This document shows, one piece after another, positions 38,850 to 47,931 of a stretch of DNA of 64,000 bases. The notes below the pieces were generated by a model, which was not told where the DNA came from, did not search any database, and saw only the letters and a program-made list of their open reading frames with translations. A program made the translations under genes and the position numbers. Positions within the stretch are counted from its first letter, which is position 1; the number at the start of each line of letters is the position of its first letter. Source of the DNA: Anaerolineae bacterium (GTDB taxonomy: Bacteria; Chloroflexota; Anaerolineae; UBA7937; B3-Chlor); contig DAOUME010000030.1 of NCBI GenBank assembly GCA_034411995.1, forward strand, positions 47,409 through 111,408, read 5' to 3'.

Positions 38850-39740
38850 TCAAGCCAAGAAACGGCGGCAGTGAGCAGCCGAACTGATCACATTAGCCAT
38901 GACTTGGTCGTCCTCCGCTTCGAAGGCATAGATCATCTCGAGAAAGCAGGGAGCACTTTCTAATCTTGCCTCACGCAGTTGCCTCGCGAACTCCCCAACG
39001 TCGAACAAGCCTCTGGGAGCTGGCCAACCCCAGTGCGGGTCACTCTGAAAGTCACTGTTCTGAAGATGGAAGGCGTCCACATACCGCGACAAGGGACTCA
39101 ACCAGGAAGGCAGATCGACGTCCGATCCATACAGGGGCTTGTACATGGCATGCCCCACGTCGATCAGCAGTCGGACCGGAACCTCAGACCGTCCATCTAG
39201 ATCTCTCATCAAGCGCTGGGCCTGCTCAACCGTGTACGGAATCTCGCGTCGAACGGGAGTGATCTCCACCAGAAGGGTATCGAGGCCAGCGACAGCGGCG
39301 CTGTGCCCAAGCTCCTGAAGAGCGTCCAGCAGTTGGCCATACAACCAGGCCCTCTTCGACGAGTCCGAGGCGAACTCTACGCTCACGGCCCCTATTGCCC
39401 CGCCGGTTGCCTGGCAACCCATGGCAGCGGTCAGGTCGATGGCCCGCTTCCACCATTGCAGTGCGGCTTGTCGACCATCCAGGTCCGGGTTCAACAGGGA
39501 GTTGAAACTGTAAGCAGCCAATCCGGTGAAGGTGCTATGGATTTGAATTCCCCACTCGTCCGCCGCCTTGCGAACCTTGCGTGCCATCGAAGTCGCCATC
39601 GGCTCAGGAAACAGAGGATCCAGCAGGTCGAAGGTGAACTGGACGAGCTCTAGCTCCAGCTTTTCACGCACGAAGGCGGCCCAGACCTCGGGCTCAGGCC
39701 AACGCTTGACCGCAAAGCTCAGGTTGATCCCCAAACGCAT
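38850..39740 (-). CDS. Sugar-phosphate isomerase/epimerase (xylose-isomerase-like TIM barrel)
   Basis: 296 aa. MRLGINLSF..., LLIDVGHAMY and AFHLQNSD blocks are typical of the AP-endonuclease-2/xylose-isomerase-like TIM family. Confidence 0.8.
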   Translation of the reverse strand: MRLGINLSFAVKRWPEPEVWAAFVREKLELELVQFTFDLLDPLFPEPMATSMARKVRKAADEWGIQIHSTFTGLAAYSFNSLLNPDLDGRQAALQWWKRAIDLTAAMGCQATGGAIGAVSVEFASDSSKRAWLYGQLLDALQELGHSAAVAGLDTLLVEITPVRREIPYTVEQAQRLMRDLDGRSEVPVRLLIDVGHAMYKPLYGSDVDLPSWLSPLSRYVDAFHLQNSDFQSDPHWGWPAPRGLFDVGEFARQLREARLESAPCFLEMIYAFEAEDDQVMANVISSAAHCRRFLA

Positions 39741-40057
39741 CTTTCATTCTCCTCTCCGCACGCATGGGTTGGTGCCCTGCGGGTCAGTCTGCGCCAACAG
39801 CCGTTCAGGGCTGCGGACTGTGACACCGTGGAAGTGAGCGGTGCTGCTGGCAGCCTCGCGACTCTTGGTCCGTGAGTCTGCGCGAACGGTGAAGTCCCAC
39901 ATGATCTGGGGGAAACCACTGTGGCCTGTCGGCCGCTTCACACTACGCCTGCGCAGCACACGACAGTCAGGAGAGCGCAGTGTGCAGGCACCGTATTACC
40001 TCTTCAGCCCCCGAGTCTCGTCTCATCTCGCCCCCGAGACAGACATGGCTGGCCAGT

Positions 40058-41563
40058 TCAAGGCTCCCGGCTCAATGCCACCCGCGACAGTATTGGGAAC
40101 TCAGGCTTCAGACAATCGTAGGCGTTGCGGTAGACAGTGAACAACTCCTCGTAGGTATCATGTGCGCTCATATCTGGCTCCACAACACCAGCCACGGTGA
40201 CGAAGCGCTCTATGTCTGTCCAGTCTTTGAAAAGCGCAACCCCCTTGCCCGCCACGAAAGCAGCGCCAAGTGACGATCCCGGGTGGCCGACGATCTCCTC
40301 TAGCTCTACTCCCAGAACATCAGCCGTGATCTGCTTCCACAATCCGGATCGCGTCCCACCGTTGCTGACCCGGCAACGAGTCATCCCGAGATCCCGCTCC
40401 GCCAGCACGGCGAGGTGATGGCGAAATCCGTACGAGATGCCCTCTAGAATGGCTCTGTGGACATGGGCGCGCGTATGGGACAGGGTCAGGCCGAGGAGAA
40501 CCCCTCGAGCCAGGGGATCGTTGACGGGAGTCTTCTCACCAAGGAAGTAAGGCAGAAGAACAAGGCCCTGGCTACCCGGCGGAACCGTACTGGCCTCTGC
40601 GTCAAGCGTACTGTACTCAGAGTCAACAGCGAAGTTCTCTTTGAACCATCTGATGATACTGCCGCTCGCGGCCATGCAGCCATTGATGAGGTACTTGCCG
40701 GGGATCACGTGATAGTCCAGGTACAGCCGCGGGTCCACCAGCACGTGGTTCAGATCATACAGAATATCTCCTGCGCCACCAAGCTTTATCAGAAGGTCAC
40801 CTGGGGACTTGATACCGGCCGAGAACGCCGAGGCGATGTGGTCTGCACTGCCGGCAACAACCGGAGTGCCAGGTGCGATGCCGTTGTGTTCCGCCGCTTC
40901 GGGACTCACTTCGCCCACGATATCGGTGGGCCAGCATACCCTGCCCAGCCAATCGCGCGAAATGGTGGCCAGACGAAGCAGATCGTCATCCCAGTCCTCA
41001 CGGTGAAGGTCGAACAGCCCACTCTCCAGAGCCCAATTGCGCTCGCACGAGTAGCTCCCCGTGAGTCTGTGAGCGATGTAGTCGTACGAGCCCATGACGT
41101 GCATGGCCCGATTCATCACCTCGGGCTCATGGCGGCGCAGCCAGAGAAGCTTGGGGCCGATGCTCTGTTGGGTGATTGCGCTCCCGGTTCTCTGCAGCAC
41201 GACGTCACGGTCGACTTGGCCGCGGAAGTACTCAATCTCCTGCTCGGAACGCGCGTCATTCTGCTGAATAGACGGCCGCAGAACTTCGCCTCGCGCGTCC
41301 AGGAGGATGAGCGTGGGCGCCATCCCGCTCGTGCCCACCGCGGCGATATCAGAAGGTCTGACCGCCGCCTCGCCCAGGCAGGCCGCTGTGACCTCTGCCA
41401 CGTTGTCCCACCACTGCCGCGGATCCTCCTCGGCCCAACCAACCTGTGGCGAACGGAGGCGGGAGGTAGCTTGCGCCTCGCATACGATCCCGCACTCCGG
41501 GTGCAACAGAATACCCTTGGTGCCTGTAGTACCAATGTCGATCCCTAAGACGTAGCTGGCCAT
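40058..41563 (-). CDS. FGGY-family carbohydrate kinase (xylulokinase-like)
   Basis: 501 aa. GIDIGTTGTKG phosphate-1 motif, and the C-terminal GGTRSGLWKQITADVLG block. Confidence 0.85.
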   Translation of the reverse strand: MASYVLGIDIGTTGTKGILLHPECGIVCEAQATSRLRSPQVGWAEEDPRQWWDNVAEVTAACLGEAAVRPSDIAAVGTSGMAPTLILLDARGEVLRPSIQQNDARSEQEIEYFRGQVDRDVVLQRTGSAITQQSIGPKLLWLRRHEPEVMNRAMHVMGSYDYIAHRLTGSYSCERNWALESGLFDLHREDWDDDLLRLATISRDWLGRVCWPTDIVGEVSPEAAEHNGIAPGTPVVAGSADHIASAFSAGIKSPGDLLIKLGGAGDILYDLNHVLVDPRLYLDYHVIPGKYLINGCMAASGSIIRWFKENFAVDSEYSTLDAEASTVPPGSQGLVLLPYFLGEKTPVNDPLARGVLLGLTLSHTRAHVHRAILEGISYGFRHHLAVLAERDLGMTRCRVSNGGTRSGLWKQITADVLGVELEEIVGHPGSSLGAAFVAGKGVALFKDWTDIERFVTVAGVVEPDMSAHDTYEELFTVYRNAYDCLKPEFPILSRVALSREP

Positions 41564-41632
41564 GCGACGATCCTTTCGGCGTCCAACGAGCGAAGCATCC
41601 GAGACTGGCTCACGGGGCGCACCCGGCGTCAG

Positions 41633-42439
41633 TTACCTGGCGCTTCGTACTTCATCCATGAACGCCTTCACTCGCTTTGGATCTACCGGGTTCCAGGTGT
41701 GGCCGTCCACTTTGAGACTGGAGCCAACGATCACTCCATCTGCAACGCGCAGGTACTGAGCGATGTTGTCCACCCGCGCGCCGGTGTTGAGAAGGACGGG
41801 TACGGTATCTCCCAATGCCTCCTTGGCCTCGCTTATCAAGCGCACGTCCGGCTCGCTCCCGGCCATGGGGCCCGCTATGAGTATAGCATCCACCAGCGAA
41901 GAGACGACCGCGCTCCTCGCCCGCTGACCCACACTGCGGCTGCCCAAAGGAGAGGCGAACTCTGGTGTCAAGTTGGCGAAAACCTTGACCTCTTGGGCAT
42001 CAATGAGAGTCCGATACCGATAGAGCGCGGCGGCGTCAGGCGCCCAGAGACCCATGTCGCTTTCGTAGACGCCCGTCACAACTTCGCGAATGAAGGCGGC
42101 TCCTGTAGCCTTGGCGACGGCAAGGGGAGCCTTCGCGTCCCATAGGAAGTCGACACCGAAAGGGCGGTCCCGCGGCCGCAACTCAGTCACCACACGGGTC
42201 ATCACCGCTACAGCCTCGAAGCCGGCTCGGAAGGCATAAGGGCGATCGTCCTCGTTGCAGAACAAGATTCCGTCAACGCCACCACGTAGAAGGTGAGAGA
42301 CATCTCGTCGCACCGAGGCCACAATACCCTCCACCCCGAGCGATGCGTCGTACCTGGGGGTGCCAGGCAGGGCCGGAAGGTGCGCCATCGCTATAACCGG
42401 CTTATGGCATCCGAAAATCTCGTGCAGTAAATCGGGCAC
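41633..42439 (-). CDS. BtpA/SgcQ-family TIM-barrel protein
   Basis: 268 aa. KPVIAMAHLPALPGTPRYD and ADGVIVGSSLK blocks. GAGGAGG lies upstream of the ATG. Confidence 0.8.
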   Translation of the reverse strand: MPDLLHEIFGCHKPVIAMAHLPALPGTPRYDASLGVEGIVASVRRDVSHLLRGGVDGILFCNEDDRPYAFRAGFEAVAVMTRVVTELRPRDRPFGVDFLWDAKAPLAVAKATGAAFIREVVTGVYESDMGLWAPDAAALYRYRTLIDAQEVKVFANLTPEFASPLGSRSVGQRARSAVVSSLVDAILIAGPMAGSEPDVRLISEAKEALGDTVPVLLNTGARVDNIAQYLRVADGVIVGSSLKVDGHTWNPVDPKRVKAFMDEVRSAR

Positions 42440-43421
42440 ATTAGCCTCCTCGAAGACTGAAAAGAAAAGACACTAGCAGAGCTGCCCTCGTGGACACCAG
42501 CCCAGAATCGCTGGGTTGGCTGCCCACGTCACTGCTTGGCCACCACGGTCATCACCGCGCCTCCAGGACCTCGGCGACAGAGAGCAAGATGACGCCCCTT
42601 CCTCTCGGAATCGCTGCCGACGACCGTGGCCACAAGCTCTGATCCGTGCATGACGACTGCTGGACAGAATTCGCATTTGCAGGTCGGTGGCCTGACCAGA
42701 CCATCACATGACGGGCCAGCATGCCTGACCACGAGCCTCAGGGGCGCGCGTACAGGTCACGGCCATCCATGACAAACAGACGGTATTCTACAGAGAGGTG
42801 CAAGCTAAGTCAAGTACCAAGGGTATCTGGCCAGAATGACGTACCCAGGGTTCGCGTGCGGGAGGGTCGGGTCAGTCTACAAAGACTGCGCCCGCTCGCC
42901 CTGCGAAGGGAGAAAGGATACACTCCCGCCACAGAGCCAAGGGGCGAGGAACAGGATCAATGGGCGAGGTAACGCTCAAGGAGTACAGACCAGGGCAGGC
43001 TGATGCCTCGACGACGAGACGTGAAGCCAGCGCGGCTCATTCTAGCTGACCTCGGTTCTCCATAGCGTTAGGCACGGATCGCGCATACACTCTTCTTCCT
43101 GGAGGGACCCATGCCTTCGAGCTAGCGGTCACGGTGGACAACGGTATGCAAGAGAGGGAGGCCACGGCACCGGCAAGATGTGCGGCCGCTGGGGCTCTAG
43201 CATTGAAGGCAGGCTGAGGAGCATCAGCCAACGGAAACACCAGGGCCTGATACCGCATCGGCACACTCCAGGTGACGTCGGCATCTTGCAGCAGGAGGAC
43301 ACGATCGTGTATGACGAAAGAGAGTAGCATCATCGTGGACAAGTCGGCAGGCCAGGTGGATTTTCCCACTCGCTCACCATAGATGGTGAAGCTGCCCAGA
43401 CAACGGAGAGGACATAGGATT

Positions 43422-44687
43422 GTGAGCTATACGGAACTCTATCGCATCAGGCAGAGATTCTCTGAACAAGCATTGGAAGACGTCGAAGCGGCGCTGGAGG
43501 CCGAAGTCGCCAGAACCTCATTGCTCGAGGGGATTGGGCAGGGGTCTAGGGTGGTCATTGGCGCTGGTTCGCGTGGAATCCCGAACTACCCTACAGTAAT
43601 CAGAAAGCTCGTGGAGCTTGTGGAGGACAGAGGAGCTTCGGCACTCATCTTGCCAGCCATGGGCTCCCACGGGGGCGGGCATGGCGCCGGACAGGTGCAG
43701 GTGCTGGCAGAGCTGGGCATCACCCCTGAGAGTGTGGGAGCCCCTATCGTGGAGACGATGGTGGTGACGTCCCTCGGCGAGACGCCGAGCGGGATCCCTG
43801 TCTTCGCAGACCAAACGCTCACAGAAGCAGACGGCGTGATCATCGTAAACAGGATCAAGGAACATACCGAGTTCTGCGGGCGCATCGAGAGCGGTCTGCT
43901 CAAGATGATGGCTATCGGACTGGGAAGGTATCGAGGCGCTGTGGCAACTCATGAATACGCTGTAAAGCTTGGATACGAGCAGGCCATCAGAGAAGTGTCG
44001 CTCAGGTGCGTTGAGGAACTTCCCCTTCTCGGGGGGATCGCTCTCGTGGACACGCCTGACAGCAGGACCGCAGCGCTCGAGGCCGTGTTGCCCGCAGACA
44101 TGGAGGCGGCGGAGACCAGGCTCTTGCAGCTAGCTCACCAACTGACACCGAGACTCCCGCTGGATGCGGTGGACGTGTTGATCGTCGACCAGATGGGAAA
44201 GAACGTGAGTGGTACGGGGATGGACACCAAAGTGATCGGGCGGGTCATGAACATCTACGAAGAAGAACCAACCAATCCCCACATCACCCGCATCCTCGTA
44301 AGGGACTTGACACCAGAGACGGCTGGAAACGCGCTAGGGATTGGATTGGCAGACTACACGACACAGAGGCTAGTCGACAAGATCGATTTCGAGGTCACTG
44401 TCCTGAACGCCCTCACGGCCATCGCCCCGGAGAAGGCGCGGGTGCCGATCACCTTCTCAAATGACCAGCAAGCCCTGACTGCGGCTCTACGGACCATCGG
44501 GCCCAAGGATGAGGATTCCATCCGCCTGCTTTGGATACGGAACACTTCCTCCTTGGTGGAGCTGGTGGTGTCGTCGGCAGCGTATGCTGCCATCGACCCT
44601 GCCCGGATCGCCAGCGTACAGGGTCCCATGCCGATGAGGTTCGACGAGGAGCACAACCTGATCCCACCAACGGCCATTGGCCCGTAG
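43422..44687 (+). CDS. LarA-N (DUF2088) 'lactate racemase domain'-like protein
   Basis: Track ORF is 43383..44687; the likely start is GTG 43422 (GGAGAGGA 9 nt upstream). GAGSRGI, LPAMGSHGGG..GQ...LAELGIT and NRIKEHTEF.GRIESGLLKMMAIGLG match my recollection of this family. Catalytic LarA motifs were not verified. Confidence 0.5.
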   Translation: MSYTELYRIRQRFSEQALEDVEAALEAEVARTSLLEGIGQGSRVVIGAGSRGIPNYPTVIRKLVELVEDRGASALILPAMGSHGGGHGAGQVQVLAELGITPESVGAPIVETMVVTSLGETPSGIPVFADQTLTEADGVIIVNRIKEHTEFCGRIESGLLKMMAIGLGRYRGAVATHEYAVKLGYEQAIREVSLRCVEELPLLGGIALVDTPDSRTAALEAVLPADMEAAETRLLQLAHQLTPRLPLDAVDVLIVDQMGKNVSGTGMDTKVIGRVMNIYEEEPTNPHITRILVRDLTPETAGNALGIGLADYTTQRLVDKIDFEVTVLNALTAIAPEKARVPITFSNDQQALTAALRTIGPKDEDSIRLLWIRNTSSLVELVVSSAAYAAIDPARIASVQGPMPMRFDEEHNLIPPTAIGP

Positions 44688-45171
44688 ACCTCCTCCACTA
44701 TCGTCCTCGTGCCAACCTGAGAACTACCTCACCCCAACAGCAGAACGTGGGCGAGAGGTACTCGGACGCTGGAACCGATCGTCGAGAAGCCGGACCATCT
44801 CGAGAGCTGGAGTACGGAACAGATCTTCGTGCCGGGCCCGACCTACTCACGGGTACTGCACAGCAAGAGCCGTGATACAAGCGCCTGCCGACAGTGGGGC
44901 CTCGTTCCACTCTCAGCAGGCTGGCCTGCTCACTACGATGGGCAACAGATGACGATCGTTCGTATCGGCCATCTGATGCCAGGCGGCGGTGACGCAAGTC
45001 GCCAAATGTGGTCACTGGATAGACTCACCGTGGTGCAGCCCTGGAGGAGCGGCTAAGAGGCACCATCGAGCGGGCCGTTGACGGTCAAGCCTATTCACTA
45101 CGAGGCCGGAAATCAGTTGGCGCTCCGCTGCCGTGAGGAGTCGTATCCGACCGGCCCGGCCTCTGACGCGG

Positions 45172-46494
45172 TCACGCCTTCAAGTGGAGCCGGGTCTCGA
45201 GGAAGGCTTCCAGCTCAGCCGTCATCTGCGCATCATCCCACTCCCGCGCATCGACGGTGTCTGCCCGGAGCTCCAACACCGGGATGCCGACGTCCTCGAA
45301 GGTCTTCCTTATGAAGTAGGAGCCCTGGACCGCCTGCGTGCAACTGTTGGAGACCAAATGCACCACGCCGTCGATCCCGCTGTTCCGGGCCTCCTTCAGG
45401 TACCACTCGGTGTTCCAGGGTGGCATGTGCAGCATGTCCTCCATCCCCACGAACCGGCTGGCCAGAGCCCGGAGCGGCTCACCTCCGTACCGAGCATAAG
45501 CATCTGCCGCGAGGGCCAGATAGATCGACCACACGAAAACCGCCCCGTAGCGCTCCTCGAAGTGCTGATAGAAGCCGAGGTTGAACCAGAGGCCGGTCCC
45601 CAGCCACATGAGACGGACGAGCTCGTTCTCGCAGGCAACCAGACCCCGCTGCACCAGGTCCCTCGTCTCTTCGTAGAATCCGCAGGCGGCATCCACCGCC
45701 CACTGCGTGCCACGATGCCACTGGGGGATCATCACGCTGGGCATCTGATCCGTGACAGTGAGGGGCGCCGGTACCGTCTTGGCAATCAGATCGCGCGTCC
45801 GCACGTTGTACTCTTCTTGCTCATTGACCAGTTCCATAACCCGCCGGAATCTGGTCTCGCTGAAAGCCTTCCCGGTGGTAGCCTCCAGGAAGCGGATCAG
45901 TCCCTCCAGCTCTTCTACCATCACGTCCAGGCGGTGCGGCTCGAAGAGTTCCTCCCACTCCCACGCCGTCTTCTCCCACCACCTCTCGGGGACCTCCAGC
46001 GGCACGGTGCTCTCCAGCGGGTAGAACGGTATCCCAAACTCTCGCGACCAGAGCTCGAAGATCTTGGCCTGAGCGTCGCAAGTGAGGCGCGCGACCGCCA
46101 GGGTCGGTCGGGGCAGTCCGCCCCAGGGACCGTTCTCAGGATGAGGATCAAAGGCGGAGGCCAGAGAGAGCGAGCAGTAGCGACAGAGATCCTGGCGATA
46201 GCCCCTCCCGTTCAGAAGGCCCAGGTAGTACGGAGACATCTGCTTGGCCGAGCAGACCGCCGCCCACCACTGGTTGACCACGTAGGGGATGTCCATCGCG
46301 CGGAAGATCTCCTGGGGAACGTCGGCGTTGACGATGGCGAGAGGCTCACCCTCCGATACCCGTTCCCGCGTCCGCGCGAACCACTCTCTCTGGTAGTTGT
46401 TCGCCTCAGTGGCCGAACGTAAGCGCTTGACACTCGCACGACCGCTCCAGTTAGCGTTTCGTGTGTCTGGTGCCGAGTTCGCCCGCTCACTCAT
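45172..46494 (-). CDS. 2-hydroxyacyl-CoA dehydratase / benzoyl-CoA reductase BcrC-BadD-HgdB family protein (subunit 2)
   Basis: Track ORF trimmed to ATG 46494 (ATGAGTGA overlap with the upstream stop). IVNADVPQEIFRAMDIPYV and CRYCSLSL are typical family blocks. Confidence 0.8.
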   Translation of the reverse strand: MSERANSAPDTRNANWSGRASVKRLRSATEANNYQREWFARTRERVSEGEPLAIVNADVPQEIFRAMDIPYVVNQWWAAVCSAKQMSPYYLGLLNGRGYRQDLCRYCSLSLASAFDPHPENGPWGGLPRPTLAVARLTCDAQAKIFELWSREFGIPFYPLESTVPLEVPERWWEKTAWEWEELFEPHRLDVMVEELEGLIRFLEATTGKAFSETRFRRVMELVNEQEEYNVRTRDLIAKTVPAPLTVTDQMPSVMIPQWHRGTQWAVDAACGFYEETRDLVQRGLVACENELVRLMWLGTGLWFNLGFYQHFEERYGAVFVWSIYLALAADAYARYGGEPLRALASRFVGMEDMLHMPPWNTEWYLKEARNSGIDGVVHLVSNSCTQAVQGSYFIRKTFEDVGIPVLELRADTVDAREWDDAQMTAELEAFLETRLHLKA

Positions 46495-47665
46495 GACTCG
46501 ACACCTCACGACCCGCTCCTCGAGCAGGCTGGTCCCCTCCAGCGATGGACTTGACAAAAGCCTCCACCCGGTCGCGCAACTCGTCTGTCTTGACAAGCTT
46601 GTACGGTTGGCGATCGAGGAGCAGCACCGGGATCCCCTCCGACTCCAGCGCCCGCCGCTGCTCGGGGAAGTCCCACGACGGCGCATCGTCGGCATCGTAG
46701 ATGAAAGCGATCACGCCCTGGGCATCGGTGGCGTGCACGCCCTCCAACAACGCAGTGACCCGCTCCGACACCGTGGACTGGTGCGCACCTGGCTGTCGCA
46801 GGTGGTAGCGATCCACGATGCCGTCGATGGGGTCCGGGCTGATGTCGATCTGGCCAGCCGAATGCCTGTCGCCCCAGTCGTGGTCCTCGCCCACCACGAC
46901 CGCTCCGCACGACTCCACCAACTCATAGAACTGCACATGGTCTTGCGCGCTGCCAGTGACGAAGATCCGCACCCCAGAAAGCGGATCGCTCGCCCCAGCC
47001 TCCTCCAAGAACGCGGCCAGGAGACGGCTATGGCCGTGGCGTGGCAAGAACATCGACGCGCCGATGACCTCTAGCGCTTGTACGCCGCTCACGCGCGGAG
47101 GGCCGGGCGCACGCAACCCCGCCAGTTCCCGCAGCAAGCGGCGGTTTTCCTCGAAAACCCCGATAGCCTCGACGACCTCCTCATCGGCGATTTCTCGCCC
47201 ACACCACTGCTCGATCACGGACTTGAGATCGCGCGCGCGTTCGCGGTTGTATAGAGTGCTGGTTCGACGCCGTGTGTGGAGAAGATCGAAGAAGTACAGA
47301 TCGGGGATGGGGAGACTCGACTCGGCCATACGCAACGCGCGCAGGTAGTAGAACATCCGGACCAGCGCATCCGAGGAGCTTGCCACCACGAGGTGGTCCA
47401 GGTACGAATACGACCCATCGATGATCCGCAAGAACTGCGATCTCGCGCGAGGGTCAAAAGCCTGCTCTATGTAGCGATCAGCAACGTGGAGGTCACTTTC
47501 GGGATCGCCGCACACGCGGACCGGCAGTATCCCGGCGGCGAGCAGCAACTCCTCAGGGACATCGCTTCCCAAGCAGCCCGCCACCTGGCCGCCTTGTTCC
47601 TTCCACTCCAGAGCGGCCCGGTCTCTTTGTCGGTAGGCGCGGGCCAGCTCCCGCAAGACGCTCAC
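46487..47665 (-). CDS. 2-hydroxyacyl-CoA dehydratase / benzoyl-CoA reductase BcrC-BadD-HgdB family protein (subunit 1)
   Basis: 392 aa. The WKEQGGQVAGCLGSDVPEELLLAAGILPVRV N-terminus is typical of the family. The GTG start has no SD of its own and overlaps the stop of an 18-codon upstream ORF (GTGA). Confidence 0.8.
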   Translation of the reverse strand: MSVLRELARAYRQRDRAALEWKEQGGQVAGCLGSDVPEELLLAAGILPVRVCGDPESDLHVADRYIEQAFDPRARSQFLRIIDGSYSYLDHLVVASSSDALVRMFYYLRALRMAESSLPIPDLYFFDLLHTRRRTSTLYNRERARDLKSVIEQWCGREIADEEVVEAIGVFEENRRLLRELAGLRAPGPPRVSGVQALEVIGASMFLPRHGHSRLLAAFLEEAGASDPLSGVRIFVTGSAQDHVQFYELVESCGAVVVGEDHDWGDRHSAGQIDISPDPIDGIVDRYHLRQPGAHQSTVSERVTALLEGVHATDAQGVIAFIYDADDAPSWDFPEQRRALESEGIPVLLLDRQPYKLVKTDELRDRVEAFVKSIAGGDQPARGAGREVSSHE

Positions 47666-47931
47666 GGCGTCACCAGCAGCGCCTGGGGAAGAGAATCGGC
47701 GGTTTCCACTTCAGTCATCTGAGTTGTTCCTCTCCTTGCGGGATAGGCTGCCATTTTTAGATGCAGCCCTTGCCCGCCCGTCCCGCCATGGCGCTAGAGC
47801 CTTGGTGGGACGATTACTCTGGGCGGGCACACTGATCCGTGCCACTTCTCACAAGAGATCAAGCTGGCCCGATGCGTCCAGCTCGATCAACCGTTGGGGA
47901 CCACGAGGGGCGCATCCTCGACGAGGCCCGG

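Noticed and set aside
40457-41548. 363-aa plus-strand ORF opposite the FGGY kinase
   Set aside because: The same reasoning applies. The minus strand has the GIDIGTTGTKG and FGGY blocks, and the plus-frame product looks like noise.
43037-43369. 110-aa minus-strand ORF whose N-terminus (FVIHDRVLLLQDADVTWSVP) faintly resembles a NUDIX-fold start
   Set aside because: No Nudix box (G-x5-E-x7-REU-x-EE-x-G) occurs in this frame or in the two alternative frames I read. The rest of the ORF is Ala/Pro-rich noise.
45133-46422. 429-aa plus-strand ORF opposite the BcrC/HgdB-like gene
   Set aside because: Noise-like Arg/Pro/Leu-rich sequence. The minus strand carries the family motifs and translational coupling.
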